64,000 nt of DNA, from NCBI GenBank assembly GCA_041937175.2, contig CP166615.1:32001-96000 (forward strand). Reading direction: 5' to 3'. Below the pieces are notes generated by a model. The model saw only the letters and a program-made list of their open reading frames with translations, was not told the DNA's origin and searched no databases. This stretch comes from Limnothrix sp. BL-A-16. GTDB taxonomy: Bacteria; Cyanobacteriota; Cyanobacteriia; CACIAM-69d. Both the position numbers and the translations under genes were made by a program. Below are positions 11,492 through 20,311 of the stretch, piece by piece; positions within the stretch are counted from its first letter, which is position 1, and every line of letters starts with the position of its first letter.

Positions 11492-11956
11492 TTAGCCCTT
11501 CAGTTTCAATTCGATTGCGATCGTGCCCGTCATGCCGCCTTTCGCCCCCACCGCTTGGATGCCGATCGACCCCTCCGCCGAAATCCCCAACTGTAGCTGC
11601 ACCTTTTCGATCTCCAGGGTTTGCAAATCCGCCTGGGCGATCGCCCGTTGCATCAGGGTTTCAAACAACTTGATCTGCTGGGCCAACTGCCGCGCCGACA
11701 CATCCACCACCTTGGTGCTCACCCGATTGATGGTTTGGTCGATCTGGTCACGTATTTGACGATTTTGGGTTTCCTGCTGTTCATCGGGAAAATAGCTCAA
11801 ATTCCCCATAAAGTCCGAGATCACTCCTTTACGACCGGGTTCAGGATCAGCCGTTGTGAGATTCGCCGCCGGGGCGATCGGCTCATCCACCAACAGCACC
11901 AGCGACACAATGTCTTCAGACGAAGAGGATAAATTTTCAGGGCGATCGGGGGTCAT
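11492..11956 (-). CDS. Pepco/Trypco-like (peptidase co-occurring) small protein
   Basis: C-terminal helix plus beta-hairpin LEIEKVQLQLGISAEGSIGIQAVGAKGGMTGTIAIEL typical of Pepco/Trypco domains; 43 bp upstream of the caspase gene on the same strand; ATG at 11956. Confidence 0.7.
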   Translation of the reverse strand: MTPDRPENLSSSSEDIVSLVLLVDEPIAPAANLTTADPEPGRKGVISDFMGNLSYFPDEQQETQNRQIRDQIDQTINRVSTKVVDVSARQLAQQIKLFETLMQRAIAQADLQTLEIEKVQLQLGISAEGSIGIQAVGAKGGMTGTIAIELKLKG

Positions 11957-12073
11957 GCAATCCCTCCTACGGGGGGTGACAAATTTTGGCCAACCATTTG
12001 CCAAGATAGAACTATTGGGCCGCAATGCCAGGAGCGCCGCGCCGTGCTGCCATCGTCTTTGGAGTGATCTGCT

Positions 12074-12787
12074 GTGGATCCACTGTCCCCCGTTGACGAG
12101 TTAATCGATGCCGACGATACCCTTGTCGATAACGAAGACCAATTTTTTATTCCCACTGTGTTGTTGATGTCGTTGAACTACCTCTGGCGACATCGGGAAG
12201 ATTGGTTTTTCTCGGGCAATATGGGCATTTATCACATCACGGGTTCTAATCCGTGCATTCCGGTGGTTCCAAATGCCTTCTTGAGCATTGGGGTTGATCG
12301 CCGCAAAGATAGAAAATCACGCCGAAACTACGTTATTTGGACGGAAAACAACATTCCACCGATTTTCACCCTAGAGCTGGTGTCCCACAAGCCGGGCGGG
12401 GAATATGACAGCAAAATGGCGATTTATGCCCGTTTAGGCGTGTTGTATTACGTGATCTATAACCCCGAATTTTGGCAGCGGGACGGTCATGATCCCTTTG
12501 AGGTTTACAAGTTGGTTGATGGGGCTTATCAACGGCAAAGTGGTGAACCCTGTTGGATGCCGGAAATTAGCTTAGGGATTGGGCGCGATCGCCTCATCGA
12601 TGACCCGTTCGATCGAGAAATTCTCACTTGGTATGACGCGCGGGGCCAACGCTATCGCAGCGAGGCGGAGGTGGAGCGCGATCGAGCGGCCGCCGAACGC
12701 CAACGGGCCGCAACCGAGCGCCAACGAGCCGATCGCCTGGCGGCCCGGCTGCGGGAGTTGGGGATTGATCCTGAGGCGATCGGGTAG
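12074..12787 (+). CDS. Uma2 family endonuclease, copy 2 (paralog of 7966-8652; altered start)
   Basis: Near-identical C-terminal half to copy 1; in-frame TGA at 12065 just upstream of the GTG at 12074. Confidence 0.8.
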   Translation: MDPLSPVDELIDADDTLVDNEDQFFIPTVLLMSLNYLWRHREDWFFSGNMGIYHITGSNPCIPVVPNAFLSIGVDRRKDRKSRRNYVIWTENNIPPIFTLELVSHKPGGEYDSKMAIYARLGVLYYVIYNPEFWQRDGHDPFEVYKLVDGAYQRQSGEPCWMPEISLGIGRDRLIDDPFDREILTWYDARGQRYRSEAEVERDRAAAERQRAATERQRADRLAARLRELGIDPEAIG

Positions 12788-12878
12788 GACAGCGGGCGTG
12801 AATTTTCTTAAGGGATGGGAAATTCGCGGGGGCAACTGGCTAGACTGAGCGAGAACGGTTTCGAGAGCCAGGGGCACC

Positions 12879-13445
12879 ATGAGTGCGTTTGATTTTCAGC
12901 GATCGGGCGATCGCCCCCCCAGATTCAGCAAAGCGCCTAAGCCTCGGGAGTTGGGGTGGTCAGTGTTGGCTCCCTTGGACGATCGCGATCAGCACCCCTG
13001 TCCCATTTGTCGCCACGGACAAATCCAGCCGATGCCGATGATGGAGGATGCCTGGGCCTGCGATTTTTGTCGGCATCTGTTCACGCTGGATTTGCAATCC
13101 CGGATTTTGCGGGTGGAAGACAGCACCCAGCCCTTGCAGTGGCGTTGGTTGGGGCGATCGTGGCAACCGGTGCGCCACAGCAATGAAGCGCTCACGCCGA
13201 CCATCTGGCTGCTGGCGGTGATTTTGGCGATCGGGCCGGTGGGGTTGATTGGTTTGTCGCAATACCTCTTTCCCCCGTTGCCCGGCTCCCGATCGGTGGG
13301 ATTTGGCCAAGGGTGGTTAATTTCAGCGGCGATCGGGCATTTCATTTTGGCCGCCTGGTTGGTGCTGGAGCATTACCAGTGGCCGCTCTATGTGTCGTTG
13401 AAGTTGCGCTGGCAAGATTGGCGATCGAACCGTCGATTATCCTGA
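12879..13445 (+). CDS. Hypothetical membrane protein with CxxC...CxxC zinc-ribbon
   Basis: CPICRHG and CDFCRH motifs followed by two hydrophobic helices. Confidence 0.75.
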   Translation: MSAFDFQRSGDRPPRFSKAPKPRELGWSVLAPLDDRDQHPCPICRHGQIQPMPMMEDAWACDFCRHLFTLDLQSRILRVEDSTQPLQWRWLGRSWQPVRHSNEALTPTIWLLAVILAIGPVGLIGLSQYLFPPLPGSRSVGFGQGWLISAAIGHFILAAWLVLEHYQWPLYVSLKLRWQDWRSNRRLS

Positions 13446-13576
13446 CTGGCCATCTTGATCTGACTCGATCTGAATGGATCTGAATCATGCGGATTGAATC
13501 GGCGCGATCGACCGAAGCGCGATGCATAGGAGCGCAATGTATGGGGGCGATTAACCAGGCTGGCCCCATGGGCAAC

Positions 13577-14731
13577 CTAGGCCACCAATGAACCTTGACA
13601 GGTCTGGTCTGCCAAGTCCCGTTCCCACTGCTGGGCCTCTTGAATCGCTTGGGCCACCACTGCTTGGCAACTGTGGCCCGTTTCCACCTGTTGGAGCCAC
13701 TGTTGGGCGGCGTTGCCTTCCCGCAAAATGCGCTGTAAGGGTGACAGGAAGCAGCTAAACCCGCGCTCTTTGGCGATCGGGCGTAATTCCGCGTAGAGCT
13801 GGGCGATCCAATCCCTGGCCTTGATGGTGCGGCCATCCTGCCAATGGCGTAGGGATGCATCCAAGCTGTGGCGAGCGACGGCCATTTCGTTGGCCAGGGT
13901 CAACGACAATAAATCGTCATTGCGGGTGGCGGTTGGCAACAGGCTCGCAGTGAGTGGATCTAAGCTGGGATCATCCATCAGTTGGCACAGCCGAGCCTCC
14001 AGTAGGGCCGTGATCGCCAGCAGGGCCAAGGGGTCAATCACCGGGTCACAAATCCGCAGTTCCAATCGATTGAGGTTATAGGGCCGGCAATCGCCGTTGG
14101 GCCGCACGGAACTCCAGAGGTGGCGGACATTTTGCATGGTTCCCAGTTCCAATTGTTCTTCAGTCCAGCGAATGAAGTGCGCGTGGCTTTCAAACAGGGG
14201 CACTCGATCGGGCGTTTGGGGGAACAGATGCCAGCGGGTGGAATGGAATCCGGTTGGTTCGCCATCCAAGAAGGGAGAGGAAGCGCTCAGGGCCAAGTAG
14301 AGCGGTGCTTCCACCCGCACCAGCCGACAAGCCCGCATCAACAGTTCTGGATCGGCAATGCCAATGTTGATGTGAACGCTGGCGGTGACGACTTTGGTTC
14401 CGTAGGTGCGTTCAATGTAGGCGTGGTAAGGGTTGGCTGGGTCAGATCGGTAGAAGCGATCGCTTCCGCCCAGGGCTAATGTGCCGCCGGGCACTAGGGT
14501 GTAGGGGCCCAGGGTTTTCAGGTATTGGCGCAGGCGCAACCGAGGAACCAGTAAATCGCACAGCAATCGCTCATAGCTGCACAGGGGAGCGGTGGTGTAT
14601 TCCACATTGCGGCTGTCGGGTTCGCGCACAAAGCCGTCTAGGTTGGCGGTAATGCGATCGGACAGGCCCACAATTTGCCCATCGTGGGTGCCGGTATAGA
14701 TTTCAATTTCAAAGCCTTTGGACAGCATCAT
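13577..14731 (-). CDS. gshA: Glutamate-cysteine ligase, cyanobacterial type
   Basis: LSKGFEIEIYTG, EPDSRNVEY, ASVHINIG, VRHLWSSVRPNG and NRLELRICD. Confidence 0.92.
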   Translation of the reverse strand: MMLSKGFEIEIYTGTHDGQIVGLSDRITANLDGFVREPDSRNVEYTTAPLCSYERLLCDLLVPRLRLRQYLKTLGPYTLVPGGTLALGGSDRFYRSDPANPYHAYIERTYGTKVVTASVHINIGIADPELLMRACRLVRVEAPLYLALSASSPFLDGEPTGFHSTRWHLFPQTPDRVPLFESHAHFIRWTEEQLELGTMQNVRHLWSSVRPNGDCRPYNLNRLELRICDPVIDPLALLAITALLEARLCQLMDDPSLDPLTASLLPTATRNDDLLSLTLANEMAVARHSLDASLRHWQDGRTIKARDWIAQLYAELRPIAKERGFSCFLSPLQRILREGNAAQQWLQQVETGHSCQAVVAQAIQEAQQWERDLADQTCQGSLVA

Positions 14732-14982
14732 AGGGAGTTGTGAAGCAATTGGGCGCGTCGGTCTGCTCTGCCAGCCCGATTTCTATTGTCGCCTGCGGCG
14801 CGATCGCCCGAGGGCTGTTCTGCCGTTGCCGGGATTTTTTGTGTCTTGAAAGGGGCGATCGCCCGGCGGCTGTTCTGTCGGGTTCTGGCCTGGTTTTGTT
14901 GGATCGGGTTTTGCCCGGCCGGTGGGCAATATGTTGCGCGATCGCCCTTGCAGAGCATCAGTGGTTCAGAGGCCGTAGCAGC

Positions 14983-15900
14983 TCAGAGACCGTAACACTG
15001 GGCGACCTGAGCCGCTGCCCGGTGGATGAGGGCGTGGCGATCGACCAAGGCCGCCAAATCATCGCAGTAGCCGCCACCGATCGTGCAGGCCACCGGATAG
15101 CCCGCCGCCACACAGGTGGTCAGCACCTGCATATCCCGCCGAAACAAACCGGAATCGGTGAGGGCGAGCTTGCCCAACCGATCGCCCCCATGGGGATCCA
15201 CCCCCGCATCGTAAATCACCAGATCGGGCCGCACTTGGGCGAGCAAATCGGGCAGGAAGCGATCGAGCGTTTGTAAATAGTCATCATCTTCCATGCCTTC
15301 TGGCAATGCCACATCCAAATCGCTGGCCTGTTTGCGGGCGGGAAAATTTGCCTCGCAATGCATAGAAAAGGTGAAGACCTGCGGTTCGTTGCGAAAAATC
15401 CAGGCGGTTCCATCCCCTTGATGCACATCCAAGTCCACGATCAAGACCCGATCGACCAAGCCTTCGGCCTGCAAAACCCGGGTGGCGATCGCCAAGTCGT
15501 TAAAGATGCAAAATCCGGAGCCAAAATCGGGGAAGGCGTGGTGGGTGCCGCCCGCCAAATTGCAAGCCAGACCATGGCGCAGGGCCAGCCGCGCCGTCAG
15601 CACCGTGCCACCGACTGCCACACAGGTACGATTGGCCAAGGCCGGCGACCAGGGCAACCCAATTCGGCGTTGGGCTTTTGGATCCAAAGTGCCTTGGCAA
15701 TAGGCTTCCACATAGGAGCGATCGTGCACCAGCTCAATCCAGTCCTGGGGCGGCCGATCGGGCTGGTGAAACTGTTCGGGGGTTGCCGTGCCATCGCTGC
15801 GCAACCGGTCATAGAGCCTTGCAAACTTTTGCATCGGGAACCGGTGGCCGGGGGGCAACGGCGCGACATAATCGGGGTGATAAACTAGCGGCACATTCAT
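14983..15900 (-). CDS. Histone deacetylase family protein
   Basis: GHRFPM, GGTHHA, GFCIFND, DLDVHQGDGT and AGVD motifs. Confidence 0.93.
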   Translation of the reverse strand: MNVPLVYHPDYVAPLPPGHRFPMQKFARLYDRLRSDGTATPEQFHQPDRPPQDWIELVHDRSYVEAYCQGTLDPKAQRRIGLPWSPALANRTCVAVGGTVLTARLALRHGLACNLAGGTHHAFPDFGSGFCIFNDLAIATRVLQAEGLVDRVLIVDLDVHQGDGTAWIFRNEPQVFTFSMHCEANFPARKQASDLDVALPEGMEDDDYLQTLDRFLPDLLAQVRPDLVIYDAGVDPHGGDRLGKLALTDSGLFRRDMQVLTTCVAAGYPVACTIGGGYCDDLAALVDRHALIHRAAAQVAQCYGL

Positions 15901-16256
15901 CGCAATCTTGGCTCCGCAATCTTGGCTCCTGGGGCCGACCTGCGGTGGGTCGCCGGTTCATCGCTGGTTCAAGGTTGGTCAACAAGCCGGGGATGGCGGG
16001 GCGATCGACCCGGTTCCCATCCCAGAGCTGTGGGGCGAATCAACGGTTGATTGCTCCGGTTGATTATTCCCCAAGGATTGTCCCCAAACGCCTTCCTAGG
16101 GTAACGCTCTCGCCTTCAAGGTGCGATTCGGGTGATTTGGGCGACTTGGGTAATCTGGGCGATCGCCCCCCAAGGTTTAATTAACTGAAACTAATGAATT
16201 GAAAATAATTGAAAAATTAATTGTTCAATTAGTTCATGGGATTTTGAAACGGGATT

Positions 16257-16781
16257 TTGTCCGTGCAACCTTTCAGCGCAACTTGGCTTTACGGCAGCAA
16301 CGATCCAGAGAATGCCGTTCATTTTGAGACCATTCGCCAATGGTGGGTGAGCTTGACGGGAAAATCCGTGACTTGGCGACAGCGCTTGCTCGATCGCGCC
16401 ACGGATCCCCAGACCCTTGATTGGGATGCGGAGCGCTTCGACGATGAATTCACCATCCAAGGGCCGGAAGTTCGGGGCATCACGTTCTATTACAAAAAGC
16501 TGGGCAGTGATCTGGAGCGCAACACCACGCCCCAGTCCCTGAAGCTGTCAGCCAATGGGCAATATCTCTACATTTATCCCCAATCTCAAAATGATGTGGT
16601 GATTCGGGTGGGCCAGCCGGAAGCCCGCTTGGACACGATCGCCCTCACCAATCCCACCGCCACCGTCAAAACCGGTGGCGGCCAATGCATTCTCACGCTG
16701 ATCGATCGCCCAGCGGGCCAGGCTGTGGAAGTGACGCTGAATGCAGAATCCCTGCTGGCTCTCAAAAAGCTGTTGCCCTAG
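16257..16781 (+). CDS. Hypothetical protein
   Basis: 174-aa ORF with plausible composition, co-oriented with the next gene; start uncertain. Confidence 0.7.
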   Translation: MSVQPFSATWLYGSNDPENAVHFETIRQWWVSLTGKSVTWRQRLLDRATDPQTLDWDAERFDDEFTIQGPEVRGITFYYKKLGSDLERNTTPQSLKLSANGQYLYIYPQSQNDVVIRVGQPEARLDTIALTNPTATVKTGGGQCILTLIDRPAGQAVEVTLNAESLLALKKLLP

Positions 16782-16820
16782 ATCTTGCACCGAGATCTTG
16801 ATCAGCGAGGGGCCGATGCC

Positions 16821-17360
16821 ATGAGCCAATCCCGCCGAGGGCGATCGCCCCTGCAACAGCTCTGGATCGCCAGTTGGGCGATCGGGTTGGTGGGTTGCGC
16901 CAGTGGTCGCACCCTCAGCTTTCCTTTCGATGCGGCCGGAGCCAACCCCAACAGCCTCAACAGCGCTTTTTCGGAAACCAGCCCGGCCGTGGCGGGGCGC
17001 TTTTTGGTGTTTGTGTCCGATCGCCGTGGCAGCCAGGATGTGTTGCTCTATGACCTTCAAGAACGACGGGCGATCGAGCTGCCAGAGCTAAACGCCTTTG
17101 ACACGATCGCCGCCAGCCCCAGCATTTCCAGCGATGGCCGTTGGATTGCCTTTTCTGCCAGTCGCCAGGGCCGCACCGATATTTACCTTTACGATCGCAC
17201 CACCAATCAATTGCGCAACCTGACCCAAGCCCTGCAACTGGAAACCCGCAACCCGCAACTGAGCGCCGACGGCAGCCGCATCGCCTTTGAAATTGAACGG
17301 AGTGGCCAGTGGGACATCGCAATTTATACCCGCGATGGCCAGCCGATCAATGTTCCCTAA
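16821..17360 (+). CDS. TolB-like PD40 repeat lipoprotein
   Basis: LVGC lipobox; repeated PSISSDGRWIAF and PQLSADGSRIAF units. Confidence 0.85.
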   Translation: MSQSRRGRSPLQQLWIASWAIGLVGCASGRTLSFPFDAAGANPNSLNSAFSETSPAVAGRFLVFVSDRRGSQDVLLYDLQERRAIELPELNAFDTIAASPSISSDGRWIAFSASRQGRTDIYLYDRTTNQLRNLTQALQLETRNPQLSADGSRIAFEIERSGQWDIAIYTRDGQPINVP

Positions 17361-17979
17361 GCTAATGCCAGCGCACGTCAAGCCAGCTTTTTCGGCTGAA
17401 CTTGAATGAGTAGAGTGCCCAGACAGCCACAGAATCAGGGTTTCAGCCTATCCCGAACCGAGATCAAGCAACCGAGATCAAACAACCGAGATCAAACAAA
17501 GGATCCGCCCGATCATCACTCCCAAACAGCCAATGGTCTTGGGGATGAATTGTGGTTGATCCCGAATTTTTGGTTCTTAATCAAGATTTGAAATGGAACG
17601 GCACAAATTGCGAAGAAAAATTAGCAAGCTCGCTCATTTTCGATGAAATTCCATAAATAAAGATCACGAAAAATATCGAAGAGAGTCATGATTCTAAAGA
17701 CAATCTTCTAGTTTATTGGGGATGAAGATTGTTTGGCAAAAATGATAATTGATTTGGCAAAAATGATGATTGCCTCAGGTTTTGAGTCGTGGGTTAATCA
17801 TTGCCAGCAAGACTTCTGAGCGGTTTTCATAGCAATCAGCGATCGCCCCAAATAGGCGCACAGTTACCGAAGCATTCCGCGTCGAGTGACATTTTTGCAT
17901 GTCTCGGCAATGCCTATTTTCGGAGGGCTGGTGCTGACGATGACCGACTCATTCACTCCTCAATTACCCTTAAATAAAT

Positions 17980-18513
17980 ATGCTCGAACCCTTCATTGGA
18001 CAGCTCGAACTATATCCCTACAATTTCGCGCCCGAAGGCTGGTTGCCCTGCGACGGGCGATCGCTCCCCATCCGAGAGAATGAAGCCCTCTTCAGCTTGC
18101 TTGGCACCACTTACGGCGGAGATGGATATACGGTCTTCAACTTGCCAGATCTCCGAGGCCGTGTCCCGATCGGCCAGGGATCAGCACCCGGCCAAGGTCG
18201 AACCTATGACATCGGGAGAACTGGTGGACAAGCCCAAGTTACCCTGACGGTTGCCAACCTGCCCGCCCACACCCACACCCTCGCCACCGCCGACAGTTCC
18301 ACCACCAACAGCCCCAGCGGCAATTTTCTCGGCCCCCTCACCACCGCCGATGGAACACCCGCCAACGCCTATGACTCTACCCCCGAAGCCAGCCTAGCCC
18401 CGGGGGTGATTGCCAATACGGGCGGTGGCCAGCCTCACGAAAACATGCCCCCTTACCTCGCCCTGCAATGGTGCATTGCGACAATCGGCGAATATCCCAC
18501 CCGCGATTGGTAA
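17980..18513 (+). CDS. Phage tail-collar domain protein (MdpB-like), copy 1
   Basis: FIGQL...FAPEGWLPCDG...LFSLLGTTYGGDG...FNLPDLRGR...LPAHTH...HENMPPYL..WCIA. Confidence 0.92.
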   Translation: MLEPFIGQLELYPYNFAPEGWLPCDGRSLPIRENEALFSLLGTTYGGDGYTVFNLPDLRGRVPIGQGSAPGQGRTYDIGRTGGQAQVTLTVANLPAHTHTLATADSSTTNSPSGNFLGPLTTADGTPANAYDSTPEASLAPGVIANTGGGQPHENMPPYLALQWCIATIGEYPTRDW

Positions 18514-18565
18514 TGGCGCGCTTTTGTTGAATCCCGTTTCGTTGTCCTCTTCTTTCTCTTCAGCC

Positions 18566-19093
18566 ATGGATCCATTTATTGGACAGATTCAAGCCTTTGC
18601 CTTTCCCTTTGCGCCTCGGGGGTGGGCCCTGTGCCAGGGACAAGTATTGTCTATTAGCCAGAGTCCAGCGCTCTTCGCCCTGCTCGGAACGACCTACGGT
18701 GGTGATGGCAGAACGACCTTTGGCCTGCCGGATTTGCGCGGTCGCACCAATATTTCGCAAGGGCTGCCCTCGAATGGGTCACCGTACCTCATGGGGCAAT
18801 TGGGCGGTGCGCCGGAAGTCAGTCTGCTGACGACTCAAATTCCTGCCCACACCCACGAAGTCAAAGTTTCCTCAGATGCCGCTGCTGTTTTTCCGCAAGA
18901 TCGCTATTTCGGAACGCTCACGGCCAATGCCGGTGATGCGCCCAAGGGCTACGGCACGACGGCGGGCAAAGCCACTATTTCTCCAACAGCAATCTCAGCC
19001 ACCGGGAACAGCACGCCCTGTGACAATATGCCGCCCTTTTTGGTGGTGAATTGGTGCATTGCCACAACGGGAATTTTCCCGAGTCGGTGGTAG
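18566..19093 (+). CDS. Phage tail-collar domain protein (MdpB-like), copy 2
   Basis: MDPFIGQI...FAPRGWALCQG...LFALLGTTYGGDG..TFGLPDLRGR...NMPPFL; ATG at 18566. Confidence 0.92.
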   Translation: MDPFIGQIQAFAFPFAPRGWALCQGQVLSISQSPALFALLGTTYGGDGRTTFGLPDLRGRTNISQGLPSNGSPYLMGQLGGAPEVSLLTTQIPAHTHEVKVSSDAAAVFPQDRYFGTLTANAGDAPKGYGTTAGKATISPTAISATGNSTPCDNMPPFLVVNWCIATTGIFPSRW

Positions 19094-19263
19094 ATCGCAA
19101 GGCGGTTTGCATTCATTGTGTGGGCGATCGACCGGGTTCTTGTCCTCAGTTCTTGCCCTAAATGATTGGGTCATCATGGGGCTGATTGTGATCGACCAAC
19201 CTGGTTGGTTAAGGCTCTTTTTCAAGATCGATTACTGACCAAAACCGATTACCGAGGTGCTTT

Positions 19264-19782
19264 ATGATCGATGCCTATATTGGACAGGTTAAATCCTTTG
19301 GCTATAACTTTGCGCCAACAGACTGGATGCTTTGCGATGGACGGACATTGCAAATTGCTCAGTACACAGCGCTTTTTAGTCTGTTAAGTACGACGTTTGG
19401 GGGCGACGGCATAAACACGTTTAATTTGCCGGATTTGCGGGGACGCATCGCGATCGGCCCTGGCCAAGGCCCCGGATTGCCCAACTATCCACAGGGGCAG
19501 CGAGGGGGGAGCGAACAGGTGACGCTCACCGTTGCTCATTTACCCACCCACAATCACGCGATTAAAGCGTCTTCGGATTCGTCGGTTTCTACTCCGGCGA
19601 ATAACTTCATTGGCCCGGTGGACGATCGCTTCAAGGGTTTTGATCTCACGCCGGAAACTTCCTTGAATGCGGCTGCCCTATCGAAGGTGGGTGGTGGCCA
19701 ACCCCACAACAATATGCCGCCCTATTTGGTCACCAATTGGTGTATTTGCGTCCAAGGCGTATATCCGAGTCGCCCCTACTAG
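19264..19782 (+). CDS. Phage tail-collar domain protein (MdpB-like), copy 3
   Basis: YIGQV...FAPTDWMLCDG...LFSLLSTTFGGDG..TFNLPDLRGR...HNNMPPYL. Confidence 0.92.
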   Translation: MIDAYIGQVKSFGYNFAPTDWMLCDGRTLQIAQYTALFSLLSTTFGGDGINTFNLPDLRGRIAIGPGQGPGLPNYPQGQRGGSEQVTLTVAHLPTHNHAIKASSDSSVSTPANNFIGPVDDRFKGFDLTPETSLNAAALSKVGGGQPHNNMPPYLVTNWCICVQGVYPSRPY

Positions 19783-19830
19783 GACACGATCGCATCATGT
19801 TTTGATTGCTATCTCTTGAGGATTTGTTCT

Positions 19831-20058
19831 ATGTCATCAGAAACGGAAGATTGGGTAATTTACAAGGTTGTGATTAACCACGAGGAACAGTATTCGATTT
19901 GGCCAGTCGATCGAGAAAATCCGTTGGGTTGGAACGATGTGGGCAAGCAAGGCCCCAAATCGGAGTGCTTGGATTACATCAAGGAAGTGTGGACGGATAT
20001 GCGTCCACTGTCTCTCCGTCGCCGGATGGAAGAGGCCGCGCGTCTTTCGGGGGCATAG
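19831..20058 (+). CDS. MbtH-like protein
   Basis: [10 protein letters not shown]...PLGW...[17 protein letters not shown], the canonical MbtH signature with three Trp. Confidence 0.95.
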   Translation: MSSETEDWVIYKVVINHEEQYSIWPVDRENPLGWNDVGKQGPKSECLDYIKEVWTDMRPLSLRRRMEEAARLSGA

Positions 20059-20195
20059 GGCGTGTCGTCAAATCACCTGAAGCCCTGATGCCACCGTTAG
20101 CAGATCGTGGGAAGGGGCTTAAGCCCCTTGTTACGACGACTGGGACATGGAAAATCAATCGTTTCCGCCTGATCCTAGGAAATGACGACAGGCCC
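20058..20195 (+). mobile_element. MITE copy A (TIR GGGCGTGTCGTC / GACGACAGGCCC, TA flanks, central palindrome)
   Basis: Imperfect terminal inverted repeats with TA on both sides; near-identical reverse-complement copy at 57270-57397. Confidence 0.85.
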
Positions 20196-20311
20196 TAGTC
20201 CCATTGCGATCGGCGGGTTAGGCGGAATCGGTCGCGAGGGGACGATCCTTGATAGCATGACGGTGGTATGCTACTGCCCTTCATTCGATTTCACGATCGC
20301 CCCGCGACCCG

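Noticed and set aside
17980..19782. Prophage or tailocin
   Set aside because: No other structural, packaging, lysis or integrase genes are in the window.
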